Part shown: in pieces, positions 1 through 8,649 of the stretch
How the letters are laid out: each line of letters begins with the position of its first letter
Position numbering within the stretch: the stretch's first letter is position 1
Assembly: GCA_018260615.1 (NCBI GenBank)
Contig: JAGWDQ010000044.1
Coordinates: 13,791 to 77,790, forward strand
Reading direction: 5' to 3'
Source of the DNA: Candidatus Altarchaeum sp.
GTDB lineage: Archaea; Altiarchaeota; Altiarchaeia; Altiarchaeales; Altiarchaeaceae
DNA length: 64,000 nt
The notes under the pieces: model-generated
What the model was told of the DNA's origin: nothing
Database searches by the model: none
What the model saw: only the letters and a program-made list of their open reading frames with translations
Translations under genes and position numbers: made by a program

Positions 1-85
1 TCTATATTTTATTTCTTTATAAATTTTATTTTATTTCTTTATAAATTTAGTTATAAATTTAGTTTGTGCAAAAAATTTAACAAAA

Positions 86-1303
86 ATGCAGCATAAGTAT
101 AAAAGGGTCTTGCAGGAGGAAAATCCGGAATTGTATGATGCAATTATGAAAGAGCGTGAAAACAGGGAAAATTTACTTTCGTTATTCGCAACAAAAAACA
201 GTGACGGAATAAGAAGGGAGGAAAAATTTACAGAAGACATTCGGACAAAATTTTCAAGGGATGCGGACAGAATCATCCATTCAAAAGCATACAGCAGATA
301 TATTGACAAAACACAAGTATTCTTTCTTGTTGATAATGACCACATAACACACAGGGTCTTGCATGTCCAGCTCGTATCAAAGATCGCCCGCACAATCGGA
401 AGGTCTTTACGGCTGAATGAGGACTTAATTGAGGCGATTGCCATGGGTCATGACATCGGACATCCGCCTTTCGGGCATCTGGGGGAAGAAATTTTGTCGG
501 GTTTATGCAAAGAGTATAAGATTGGAAGATTTTTACATAATGTTGAAGGGGTGAAATTTTTAGATGATATTGAAAACTGTAATTTAACCTTGCAGGTTCT
601 TGACGGAATTCTGTGTCATAACGGCGAAATTTTTGAAAGGAGTTTAAGACCTGACAGAAACAAGAACTGGGAAATTTTTGATAAAGAAGCAGGGGAAATT
701 TTAAAAGGCAGAATAAATTATGCACCTGTGACGCTTGAAGGGTGCGTAGTGAGAATGGCTGATATTATTGCCTATCTCGGAAGGGATATTCAGGATGCAA
801 TCGGAATCGGATTAATAAACAGAGACGATTTAAATTTAATATCCGGTGAATGCACGGGAAAAATCGGTACTGAAAACGCCGACATAATTAATAACCTCAT
901 AATTGACATAATTGAGAACAGTTTTGATAAAGAAGACGAAATTTCTTATTCGGGGGAAATTTATGAGTGCCTGAAAAAATATAAAAATTTTAACTATGAG
1001 AAAATTTATAATAATCCGAAGCGGCTGGGAGAGAAAAGCAAGGTTGAGAGCATGTATGCAACATTATTTGGGAAATTTTTAAATGACTTAGAGCATGAAA
1101 ATAAGGACTCTAAAATTTATAATCATTTTGTTGAAATGAACGGAATAAACAGGGAATATGTTAAGGAATCTTCTTATGCAGAAATTGTCAGGGATTATAT
1201 TGCGGGAATGACCGACAGATATTTTGAAGAGATGTTTAAGGATGTTGTGTTACCAAAAAGAGTAAAGACATTTAAGGAAGAAAGGAAAAAAGAAGATATT
1301 TAA
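86..1303 (+). CDS. dGTP triphosphohydrolase-like HD-domain phosphohydrolase
   Basis: HD motif 'HRVLHVQLV...AMGHDIGHPPFGHLGE', 'RDADRIIHSKAYSR' typical of Dgt family; 405 aa. Confidence 0.8.
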   Translation: MQHKYKRVLQEENPELYDAIMKERENRENLLSLFATKNSDGIRREEKFTEDIRTKFSRDADRIIHSKAYSRYIDKTQVFFLVDNDHITHRVLHVQLVSKIARTIGRSLRLNEDLIEAIAMGHDIGHPPFGHLGEEILSGLCKEYKIGRFLHNVEGVKFLDDIENCNLTLQVLDGILCHNGEIFERSLRPDRNKNWEIFDKEAGEILKGRINYAPVTLEGCVVRMADIIAYLGRDIQDAIGIGLINRDDLNLISGECTGKIGTENADIINNLIIDIIENSFDKEDEISYSGEIYECLKKYKNFNYEKIYNNPKRLGEKSKVESMYATLFGKFLNDLEHENKDSKIYNHFVEMNGINREYVKESSYAEIVRDYIAGMTDRYFEEMFKDVVLPKRVKTFKEERKKEDI

Positions 1304-1373
1304 TGGGTAAGGTAAATTTAAATCATTTAACTATTAAACTAAATGGCTCTTATTTTAATTTTTACTGATTTCA

Positions 1374-1560
1374 GAACTTGCTTCTGAAATCTTTGAATGA
1401 AAAGAGGTGTGAAATCTTTGAATGAAAAGAGGTGATTTTAAAATTCCAAAAATTTTAAAATCTCCGAACAAAGAGAGGTTATTTTAAAAACACAAAGTTT
1501 TGAAAATCTCCGAGCGAAGCGATGTGATAAAATTTTGGAAAAATCTGAAAAATCCTGAAA
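1374..1560. repeat. Intergenic repeat element (TTTTGAAAATC-hairpin family) incl. 24-bp tandem 'gaaatctttgaatgaaaagaggtg' x2 (1386-1434)
   Basis: Modules 'ttttgaaaatctccgagcgaagcg' shared with copies at 6750-6990, 37980-38090, 44220-44470, 49783-49870, 60370-60420. Confidence 0.7.
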
Positions 1561-1707
1561 TATTGCAAATTATTCTAATCATCAAAAACGAGTATAAGAA
1601 CAAATAAATTTAATTTTTATTCTTTTCTTATTTTCTTAATTAATCTTATTCTTAATTATATATCAATATTTATAATTTAAATCAATAATTTATTAAAATC
1701 AAATAAA

Positions 1708-2106
1708 ATGACTGACAATCTAACGGCATACATAGGAATTGTTATCATAGCAGTTGTCGGAATTGCTGTTGCCTTGCTTACGATGGAGGTTATATGGAAA
1801 TTTTTAAGAGTTAAAGATAAAGATAAAGACAAAAATTTAAACGCAAATTCCGGGAAATATGATACCTACGAATGCGGAGAAATCGCAGTTGGGAATCCGA
1901 AATTTTCAAATGTGTCTTTTAAGTATTATATTTATGCTTTAATGTTTGTTGTATTTGATATTGAAGCGGTATTTTTATTTCCCTGGGCAGTTGAATTCAC
2001 AAATTTGGGACTTTTGGGATATGCCGAAGCGATGCTGTTTATTGCTTTAATTTTGGTTGCATTAATATATGCTATAAATAAAAATTTCCTTAAATGGACT
2101 GATTAA
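1708..2106 (+). CDS. nuoA: NADH-quinone oxidoreductase subunit A-like (NuoA/FpoA)
   Basis: 3 TM helices, 'YECGE' motif and 'FDIEAVFLFPW' signature of NuoA. Confidence 0.8.
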   Translation: MTDNLTAYIGIVIIAVVGIAVALLTMEVIWKFLRVKDKDKDKNLNANSGKYDTYECGEIAVGNPKFSNVSFKYYIYALMFVVFDIEAVFLFPWAVEFTNLGLLGYAEAMLFIALILVALIYAINKNFLKWTD

Positions 2107-2150
2107 AATTTGAGATTAAATTTAAATCTTTGAGATGGATAAATTAAATG

Positions 2151-2250
2151 TGCTTCAGAACCTTTTTCTTTTAGAAAAAGAAAAAGCATTCAGGAAAAAG
2201 AAAAAAGTAAACCTTGGAAAAATTTAAAAATTTTAGAAAATTTAAAAATT
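2151..2250. repeat. Mini insertion element (hairpin 'TTTTTCTTTTAGAAAAAGAAAA' + 'GCATTCAGGAAAAAGAAAAAAGTAAACCTTGGAAAAATTT') flanked by 22-bp direct duplication of nuoB start
   Basis: 'tttgagatggataaattaaatg' occurs at 2129-2150 and 2251-2272; related element copies at 40352-40429, 41446-41543, 60338-60580. Confidence 0.75.
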
Positions 2251-2255
2251 TTGAG

Positions 2256-2792
2256 ATGGATAAATTAAATGAGGGTAAATTAAATGTTTCATTCGGAAAA
2301 ACAGAAAAGGTCTTTGGATTTGTTGATAAAATTTTGAGCTGGGGACGACTAAACTCCGTATGGCCTTTAACATTCGGATTAGCATGCTGTGCAATAGAAA
2401 TGATGGCAACCGCAGGTGCAAATAATGATATTGCAAGATTTGGAATGGAGGTATTCAGACCATCTCCGAGACAGGCGGATTTAATGTTCGTTGCGGGAAC
2501 AGTAACTCATAAAATGGCTCCGAGAGTTAAGCGGCTTTATGAACAAATGCCTTCTCCGAAATATGTCATTGCTATGGGGGCATGTGCGACAAGCGGAGGT
2601 CCTTTTTTACATTCTTATGCGGTTGTTAAAGGTGTTGATAAAATTATTCCCGTTGATGTTTATGTTCCCGGATGTCCTCCGAAACCGGAGGCATTACTTG
2701 ACGGAATAATAAAATTAAGGGAGAAAATCGCACAGGAAAAACTGCTGACTGAAAATATTAAAGGAATATTGAGTAAGAACAAGAAAAAGTAA
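2256..2792 (+). CDS. nuoB: NADH-quinone oxidoreductase subunit B-like (NuoB), N2 cluster cysteines present
   Basis: '[10 protein letters not shown]', 'GACATSGG', 'VPGCPP' motifs; start placed at ATG inside duplicated target (ORF track start 2214 probably runs into the inserted element). Confidence 0.85.
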   Translation: MDKLNEGKLNVSFGKTEKVFGFVDKILSWGRLNSVWPLTFGLACCAIEMMATAGANNDIARFGMEVFRPSPRQADLMFVAGTVTHKMAPRVKRLYEQMPSPKYVIAMGACATSGGPFLHSYAVVKGVDKIIPVDVYVPGCPPKPEALLDGIIKLREKIAQEKLLTENIKGILSKNKKK

Positions 2793-2828
2793 GAATATAA
2801 GCGAGAAAAGAAAATAAAACAAGAAAAG

Positions 2829-3348
2829 ATGAAAGAAATCCAAAAAACAGAACCTGAAGGATACGAACAACTGCTCAATGATATAAGATCCATTCTGCAG
2901 AGGAATCTCACTAAAGCATATAAAGCAGTAGATAATATTAGAGTACAAACATACTGGCAGATTGGGGAGAGGGTTGTCAGGGAGGAAATAAACCGGAAGA
3001 GGGCGGGCTATGGAGAGGAAGTCATTAAGAGATTGGCAATTGACCTGAAGATTAATGAAAGAACGTTGTATAGGATTCTAAGGTTCTACAATACATATCC
3101 GATTTTGACAACAGTATTGTCAGAATTGACATGGTCACATTACCTGGTGCTAACGAATGTCAATGACAATAACCAGAGGAAAACTTATCGTATGCAAGAG
3201 TCATGATAAGGTTGATGTTTATTACAGTGCGGGAAAAGATAGAGATGATATTTTCGTTACAGAATACAAAACAAAGTTACCAAGTGAACAGGAAATAGAA
3301 TCTATATTAAAGAAACAAAGTAATATATCAGAAAGTGAAGATATATAA
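2829..3348 (+). pseudogene. Remnant of DUF1016/YhcG-like (PDDEXK-family) gene: N-terminal domain ORF (2829-3206) and short C-terminal tail ORF (3157-3348) in different frames, nuclease core missing
   Basis: N-terminal 'LLNDIRSILQRNLTKAYKAVDNIRVQTYWQIGERVVREE...GYGEEVIKRLAIDL' resembles DUF1016 N-domain; second ORF ends 'EYKTKLPSEQEIESILKK' like DUF1016 C-terminus. Confidence 0.5.
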
Positions 3349-3512
3349 ATCCATATAGAAGTAAACAGGTAAAAACTAAAATTCAAGAAATTATTGGAAA
3401 GTGTTAAAAAACAGATTAAAAAAAGAATGAAGTGAAACCGTTACAAAATGTAACGGTTTGAAAATGACTGCCGAATACCAAAAACATGTTTTAGGTATTT
3501 CAACTAAATTTG

Positions 3513-3618
3513 TAACTACTCACGGGTTAACAAAATTTACCTGTGAAAATTTCAAAAAAATACAAAAAATCAAAAAATTTACCAGTAATTTTTTATGGCG
3601 GGTGAGTAGTTACCTAAA
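3513..3618. repeat. MITE-like element with terminal inverted repeats 'TTGTAACTACTCAC ... GTGAGTAGTTAC'
   Basis: 12-13 bp perfect inverted repeat ~75 bp apart; TIR similar to that of 6700-6998 element (GTAACTAYTCA). Confidence 0.6.
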
Positions 3619-3649
3619 TTTAATTCGTTTATAATAATGTAAAAATAAA

Positions 3650-5596
3650 ATGGATGAAATTTTTAACGAAATAAAGGATAAATTTAATGCCCTTGTTGAA
3701 GAGGATGGGACATTAAAATACATAGTAGTAAATGCAGAAAATTTACAGACAATTGCAAAATTTTTAAAAGAAAAGGGCTATGAACACTTGTCTTTTGTAA
3801 CCGCAATTGACAGACAGAATGAATTAGAGGCAGTTTATTTGCTCCATTCTTATGCTAATAAGGACTCAATTGCATTGAAGGTCAAATTGGGAAATTCGGA
3901 GGGCAGCATAAAAGAAAAGACAGAAATTTTAATTTCTCCGGCAGAGCTCGTTGCCGAAGGAATTAAACAACATGAATTATGTATCGGATGCGGATTATGC
4001 AACAAGGTTTGTGTTCAGAGCGTTGATATCAAAGCGATTATTTTCGCATTAAAACAGAATAAAGAAATAAAAGCAGAACAAATTTCCAATTGTGCAAAGT
4101 GCGGATTATGTGAGCCGAAATGTCCGAAGAAGATAAAAATTATGGAAATTTTTGAGGCGATAAATAAGATAAAAGACAGAAAAGCAGAGGCGGTAAAAGA
4201 TGTTGTAAAAGATACTGAAAAAGCAAAAATATCAGCTCAAAATTTTGTCATTCCGAGTTTGACAGAAATTTTTAATTCAGCCGACTGGCACGAGCGGGAA
4301 ACCTATGATATGTTCGGAATAAAATTTGACGGACATAAAAATTTAAAACGACTCTTACTTCCCGCACAATTTGAAGGCCATCCTCTCCGTAAGTCATATC
4401 CTCTCGGTAAAGAGCAGGAAATTTCTTTGGATAGCGACTTTGAAGCGACAAAAGACGAATTAAGTGTTGAAGAATTTATCAAAAACCACCATTATGAAAC
4501 ACAGATTATGGAATTAAATGTAGGTCCCCACCACCCTTCAACACACGGCGTCTTACGACTGAAAATGTTGATTGACGGCGAAAAGATGCTCAAAATTTAC
4601 CCCGTAATAGGATATTTACACAGGGGCATTGAAAAAATATGTGAAAATTTAAACTACAATCATATTGTTCCTTATATGGATCGTTTAGATTATGTTGCCT
4701 CAATGCTCAACGAATTTCCTTATGTCCTGGCAATGGAAAATTTAATGAATATTCAGGTTCCGGAAAGGGCACAGCTCATAAGGGTCATCGTCAGCGAACT
4801 TAATCGTATAGCAAGTCATATAATGTGGTTCACAACATATCTTATGGATTTAGGGGCAACAACACCTTTCTTTTACGGATTCAGGGAAAGGGAGCAAATT
4901 CTGGAAATTTTTGAGGATTTAAGCAGGGCGAGAATGACATTTAATTATATGTGTGTCGGAGGAGTTAAAAAGGACATCACTCCGGAAATCGCCGGCAAAA
5001 TTTATAAATTTACTGCTCAAATGCCCGCACATATCATGGAATATTATGATTTAATTAACGGGAATGAAATTTTTCTCGGAAGGGTAAAAGGCATCGGGAA
5101 ATTAACAAAAGAGGATGCAATAAATTTCGGAGTTACCGGACCCATGCTCAGGGCAAGCGGTGTTGATTATGATATAAGAAGAGATGAGCCGTATTCAATG
5201 TATGATAAGTTTAAATTTAATGTTCCTGTATCTAATGACGGAGACAATTTTGCGAGGTATATCGTCAGGATGAAGGAAATGGAGGAAAGCGTAAAAATCG
5301 TTGAGCAGGCGACACAATTGCTGAATTCGGCAAAAGAAGGAGAAATAATGGCTAAAGTTCCGAAGTTAATCACGCCGCCAAAAGGAAGTGTTTATGCAAA
5401 AATTGAGCATGCAAAGGGAGAGATGGGAATTTTTATTGTCAGTGACGGAAGGCAGAAACCGTATCGCTTTAAAATTCGTTCGCCTGCATTTTCAAATTTA
5501 TGTGCTTTGCCGAAGATGTGTGAAAATAACTATGTTGCGGATGTCGTTGCTATAAGCGGAACAATTGATCCGGTAATGGGGTGTGTGGACAGGTAA
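3650..5596 (+). CDS. nuoCD: Fused NuoC-NuoD (30 kDa + 49 kDa subunits) with an embedded 2x[4Fe-4S] ferredoxin domain inside the NuoC part
   Basis: NuoC motifs ('[17 protein letters not shown]'), '[11 protein letters not shown]' and '[12 protein letters not shown]' ferredoxin motifs, NuoD N-terminus '[17 protein letters not shown]' without hydrogenase CxxC; 648 aa. Confidence 0.85.
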   Translation: MDEIFNEIKDKFNALVEEDGTLKYIVVNAENLQTIAKFLKEKGYEHLSFVTAIDRQNELEAVYLLHSYANKDSIALKVKLGNSEGSIKEKTEILISPAELVAEGIKQHELCIGCGLCNKVCVQSVDIKAIIFALKQNKEIKAEQISNCAKCGLCEPKCPKKIKIMEIFEAINKIKDRKAEAVKDVVKDTEKAKISAQNFVIPSLTEIFNSADWHERETYDMFGIKFDGHKNLKRLLLPAQFEGHPLRKSYPLGKEQEISLDSDFEATKDELSVEEFIKNHHYETQIMELNVGPHHPSTHGVLRLKMLIDGEKMLKIYPVIGYLHRGIEKICENLNYNHIVPYMDRLDYVASMLNEFPYVLAMENLMNIQVPERAQLIRVIVSELNRIASHIMWFTTYLMDLGATTPFFYGFREREQILEIFEDLSRARMTFNYMCVGGVKKDITPEIAGKIYKFTAQMPAHIMEYYDLINGNEIFLGRVKGIGKLTKEDAINFGVTGPMLRASGVDYDIRRDEPYSMYDKFKFNVPVSNDGDNFARYIVRMKEMEESVKIVEQATQLLNSAKEGEIMAKVPKLITPPKGSVYAKIEHAKGEMGIFIVSDGRQKPYRFKIRSPAFSNLCALPKMCENNYVADVVAISGTIDPVMGCVDR

Positions 5597-5635
5597 ATTT
5601 AAATCTTAAAAATATTCATTTCAATTTTATACAAC

Positions 5636-6691
5636 ATGGAAACATTAAATTTATTTCAGGGAAATGCAATAGAACTCGGAATCAGGACTTTGCAAAATTT
5701 CGGAATTCAGGAAGACATGGCCTCTTTGTTCGTTTATGGCAGTGTGGGGGTTTTGTTATTTGTTGTTGCTGCTGTTTTTGTGCTAATCCTGACTTATCTT
5801 GAAAGAAAAATTTTAGCCGATGTTCAGGTCAGATTAGGGCCTATGACGGCAGGACCTCACGGAATATTACAGCCGCTTGCCGATGTAATGAAACTGATAT
5901 TTAAAGAAGACATAAAACCAAAAAACAGGGACAAATTGCTTTACTTTATCTCACCAGTTCTTGTTTTTATTCCCGTGCTTTTAATACTTGCCTTAATTCC
6001 TTTTAATGAATTCTTTGCTTTTGCAAATGTGGGAGTCGGATTGCTGCTGTTGATCGCTTTCGGTTCAATTTCAACACTCGGAATGGTTATTGCAGGTTAT
6101 AGTTCGGGAAATAAATATTCTTTGCTCAGTTCATTAAGGGCTGCCGCACAGATGATGGCTTATGAAATTCCGATGCTTATTGTTGCTTTGAGTGTTGTTG
6201 TTCTTGCCGGAAGTATGAATTTAATAGACATAGTTAATGCACAGGTAAATTTATGGTTCGCAATTCCTTTATTTTTGGGATTGTTTGTATTTTTTGTTGC
6301 TACTATTGCCGAAATGGGAAGAGTTCCGTTTGATACAACTGAGGCGGAAAGCGAACTGATTGCGGGTTATCATATAGAATATAGCGGAATGAGGTTTGCT
6401 TTCTTTTATCTGGCAGAATACTTGCATTTGTTTGTCGGCTCTGCTTTAATTACCCTGCTGTTTTTGGGAGGGTGGAACGGGTTGTTTGCTATTCCGATGA
6501 TTCCGGAAGCGGTTTCGGGCTTGTTCTGGTTTTTGATTAAGACATTTACTTTGATTTATGTGGCGATATGGATCAGGGGGACATTGCCGAGATTTAGAAT
6601 TGACCAGGTGTTAAATTTGGGATGGAAATTTTTGATATTTGTTGCGTTGTTAAATTTGGCAGTCAGCGGGGCGATTGCGGTTATCTTTTAA
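5636..6691 (+). CDS. nuoH: NADH-quinone oxidoreductase subunit H-like (NuoH/ND1)
   Basis: 'RLGPMTAGPHGILQPLADVMKLIFKED' and 8 TM topology typical of NuoH. Confidence 0.85.
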   Translation: METLNLFQGNAIELGIRTLQNFGIQEDMASLFVYGSVGVLLFVVAAVFVLILTYLERKILADVQVRLGPMTAGPHGILQPLADVMKLIFKEDIKPKNRDKLLYFISPVLVFIPVLLILALIPFNEFFAFANVGVGLLLLIAFGSISTLGMVIAGYSSGNKYSLLSSLRAAAQMMAYEIPMLIVALSVVVLAGSMNLIDIVNAQVNLWFAIPLFLGLFVFFVATIAEMGRVPFDTTEAESELIAGYHIEYSGMRFAFFYLAEYLHLFVGSALITLLFLGGWNGLFAIPMIPEAVSGLFWFLIKTFTLIYVAIWIRGTLPRFRIDQVLNLGWKFLIFVALLNLAVSGAIAVIF

Positions 6692-6699
6692 AAATTTAA

Positions 6700-6998
6700 A
6701 GTAACTATTCAGCCACCCCAAAAAATTACGGGTAAAAATTTAATTTTTACGCTCACTCCGTTCCACTCACTTCGTTCGTGTCTTTTCAAAACCTCTGCAG
6801 TTTTGAAAATCGTGTATTTTAAAATTTCGTAAATTTTAAAATTGTATTTTTTTTGAAAATCTCACAGGTAATAAAAAAATCACGCTGATTTTTTTAGATT
6901 GAAAACTTGTAGTTTTCAGTATTTAAAAATACCAAAGTATTTTTAAAGATTGAAAATCTTATAGATTTTCAGTAATTTGACGCCCTCTGAATAGTTAC
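6700..6998. repeat. MITE-like element (~300 bp) with 12-bp terminal inverted repeats GTAACTATTCAG/CTGAATAGTTAC, internally carrying TTTTGAAAATC-family hairpin modules
   Basis: 'agtaactattcag' at 6700-6712 and 'ctgaatagttac' at 6987-6998; interior 'cactcacttcgttcgtgtcttttcaaaacctctgcagttttgaaaatcgtgtatttt' matches 44262-44300 and 60372-60410. Confidence 0.7.
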
Positions 6999-7019
6999 AA
7001 TTTAAAATTTATGCGGGGT

Positions 7020-8477
7020 TTAAATTAAAAGCAAATATCTCAATGGCAACTTGATAAATTTGTCATCAATTAATTCAAGTTCGTCATTACCTATACTTAT
7101 TCCGTAAGAAAAATTTTTTATCTTTTTAGATGTCTCTTTTATCTGCTTTATTCCATAGTCCTCTTTGTTAAAACCAATTTCAATAACGAGCTCTTTATCA
7201 TCATTCCTTAAAATAAAATCAGCACCTTTTTCCGAAGAATCATACATAAATTCCATCCTCCTGCATAATTTTTTAAAGTCCTTAATAAATACCAGTCCGC
7301 AGTAATCTTCAAGTATTTTGCCTTTTATCTCCGGAGGATATCTCCCTTGTAACAGAGATGACCGCAGCGATGGTGAAATGAATAAATATTTTACCGGCTT
7401 TCTCGCTTTTGCATAAGCACCGCCATAACTTCTGATTTTTATTATAATTCCGGCCATAACCAAAACATCTAACAATGAAGTTAATGTCTTATTGTCAATA
7501 TTTAAGGACTTGCCCAATTTTTCATAACTTATTACATCTGATTTTGCTAAAAGATAGAGCAAATTATATATCTTTTGTATTGTTTCCGAATTGAATTTTT
7601 TAAGTGTTATAATGTCTTTTGTGATTAACTTTTCAATCACATTTTGTATTAATTTATAACATCTTTCCTTATTTGTTGTCTTTATTACAAATGGAAATCC
7701 TCCGATATCCAAAAAATCATACTCAATTTTAGGTGGCAAATTGGCAAATAAACGATTCACTTCCAATGAAATGGACATAACGGACTCATACATTTGTCTT
7801 GCGTTTTCACTTTCCAATAGACATCTTAATAATGTATCTGAAAGATCCGGGACTGGAAATTTTATGTTTTTCAATTTCAGATATTCAGTAAATTTAAGCG
7901 GATAAATTTCTTCTGTACTTGCCCTTCTTGAAAGGTCCGGATTCATATTAAGACATAAAGCAGAAGACCCTGTTGCGAGTATTAAAACATTTCTGTGTCC
8001 CATTGTTCTGTCAAAAATCGTCTTTAAGAAAAGCCCCCATTGTTCATCATAGTGAACTTCATCAAGCAAAATTAAAATTTTTTTGTTCAGATTCTCAAAC
8101 TTAAATCTTTTTAGATCTTCATAAAAACGAAAGAACTCATTTAAAGTAATTCCTTCCAAATGTAATTCGCTTACATCAAGATAAATTTTTTCATATTCCT
8201 GAGTAAATATTTTCTGATTACCTGCAAATTTCTGAGCATAAAAAATTTGTGCAAAAAGCGTTGTTTTTCCAACACCTCTAATTCCAGACAAAAGATTGAT
8301 TTTTTCAAGTTCATCAGTTTGATTATTCAAAAATTTTTCCAAAAGCACTTCGTAATGAGAAAAAATATGTCTGGTTGGTAATAAATTGTTGTTTTCATCA
8401 TAAATGTATGCTGACAGAAAATTATCAAGTCCTTCTGTCCATAGCCGGTAAAAATTTTCTATTTTTGTATTCTCCAT
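7020..8477 (-). CDS. AAA+ ATPase of the archaeal COG1373-like family (AAA_14 + C-terminal DUF4143-like)
   Basis: Walker A 'GVGKTTL', Walker B 'LLDEVHYDEQW', 485 aa; typical orphan archaeal ATPase. Confidence 0.6.
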   Translation of the reverse strand: MENTKIENFYRLWTEGLDNFLSAYIYDENNNLLPTRHIFSHYEVLLEKFLNNQTDELEKINLLSGIRGVGKTTLFAQIFYAQKFAGNQKIFTQEYEKIYLDVSELHLEGITLNEFFRFYEDLKRFKFENLNKKILILLDEVHYDEQWGLFLKTIFDRTMGHRNVLILATGSSALCLNMNPDLSRRASTEEIYPLKFTEYLKLKNIKFPVPDLSDTLLRCLLESENARQMYESVMSISLEVNRLFANLPPKIEYDFLDIGGFPFVIKTTNKERCYKLIQNVIEKLITKDIITLKKFNSETIQKIYNLLYLLAKSDVISYEKLGKSLNIDNKTLTSLLDVLVMAGIIIKIRSYGGAYAKARKPVKYLFISPSLRSSLLQGRYPPEIKGKILEDYCGLVFIKDFKKLCRRMEFMYDSSEKGADFILRNDDKELVIEIGFNKEDYGIKQIKETSKKIKNFSYGISIGNDELELIDDKFIKLPLRYLLLI

Positions 8478-8536
8478 TTTGTATGTTTTGATTTATAAAA
8501 TCAATTTATAGAATTAGAATTAGATTAAAATATGCA

Positions 8537-8630
8537 TTTTATTGGGAATAGAATCCCATTAAAACACCATTTTTATTGGGAATAGAATCCCATTAAAACA
8601 GGAGTTTTATTAGGAATGGACTCCCATTAA
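8537..8630. repeat. Three adjacent direct repeats (~34 bp, 'TTTTATTGGGAATAGAATCCCATTAAAACA') immediately upstream of the minus-strand ATPase gene start
   Basis: Copies at 8537-8566, 8570-8600, 8605-8630 (third degenerate); no spacers, so not CRISPR; contains GGGA..TCCC mini-stem. Confidence 0.6.
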
Positions 8631-8649
8631 CCCAAATTTCCCATATGTC

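Noticed and set aside
273-725. 150-aa minus-strand ORF inside the dGTPase gene
   Set aside because: Fully antisense to a well-supported HD-domain gene; no motifs.
2214-2255. ORF-track start of nuoB at 2214
   Set aside because: Upstream codons fall inside the inserted hairpin element and duplicated target; ATG at 2256 matches the duplicated original start.
3650-5596. NuoD part as [NiFe]-hydrogenase large subunit (Ech/Mbh-type)
   Set aside because: N-terminal and C-terminal CxxC nickel-ligand motifs are absent ('GPHHPSTHG' instead of 'RxCGxCxxxH').
5581-5802. 73-aa ORF overlapping nuoCD end and nuoH start
   Set aside because: Out-of-frame overlap with two well-supported genes; Cys-rich tail arises from GC-skewed codons of nuoH.
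8537-8630. Possible CRISPR array (repeats with hairpin potential)
   Set aside because: Repeats are directly adjacent with no unique spacers and only ~2.5 copies; no cas genes nearby.
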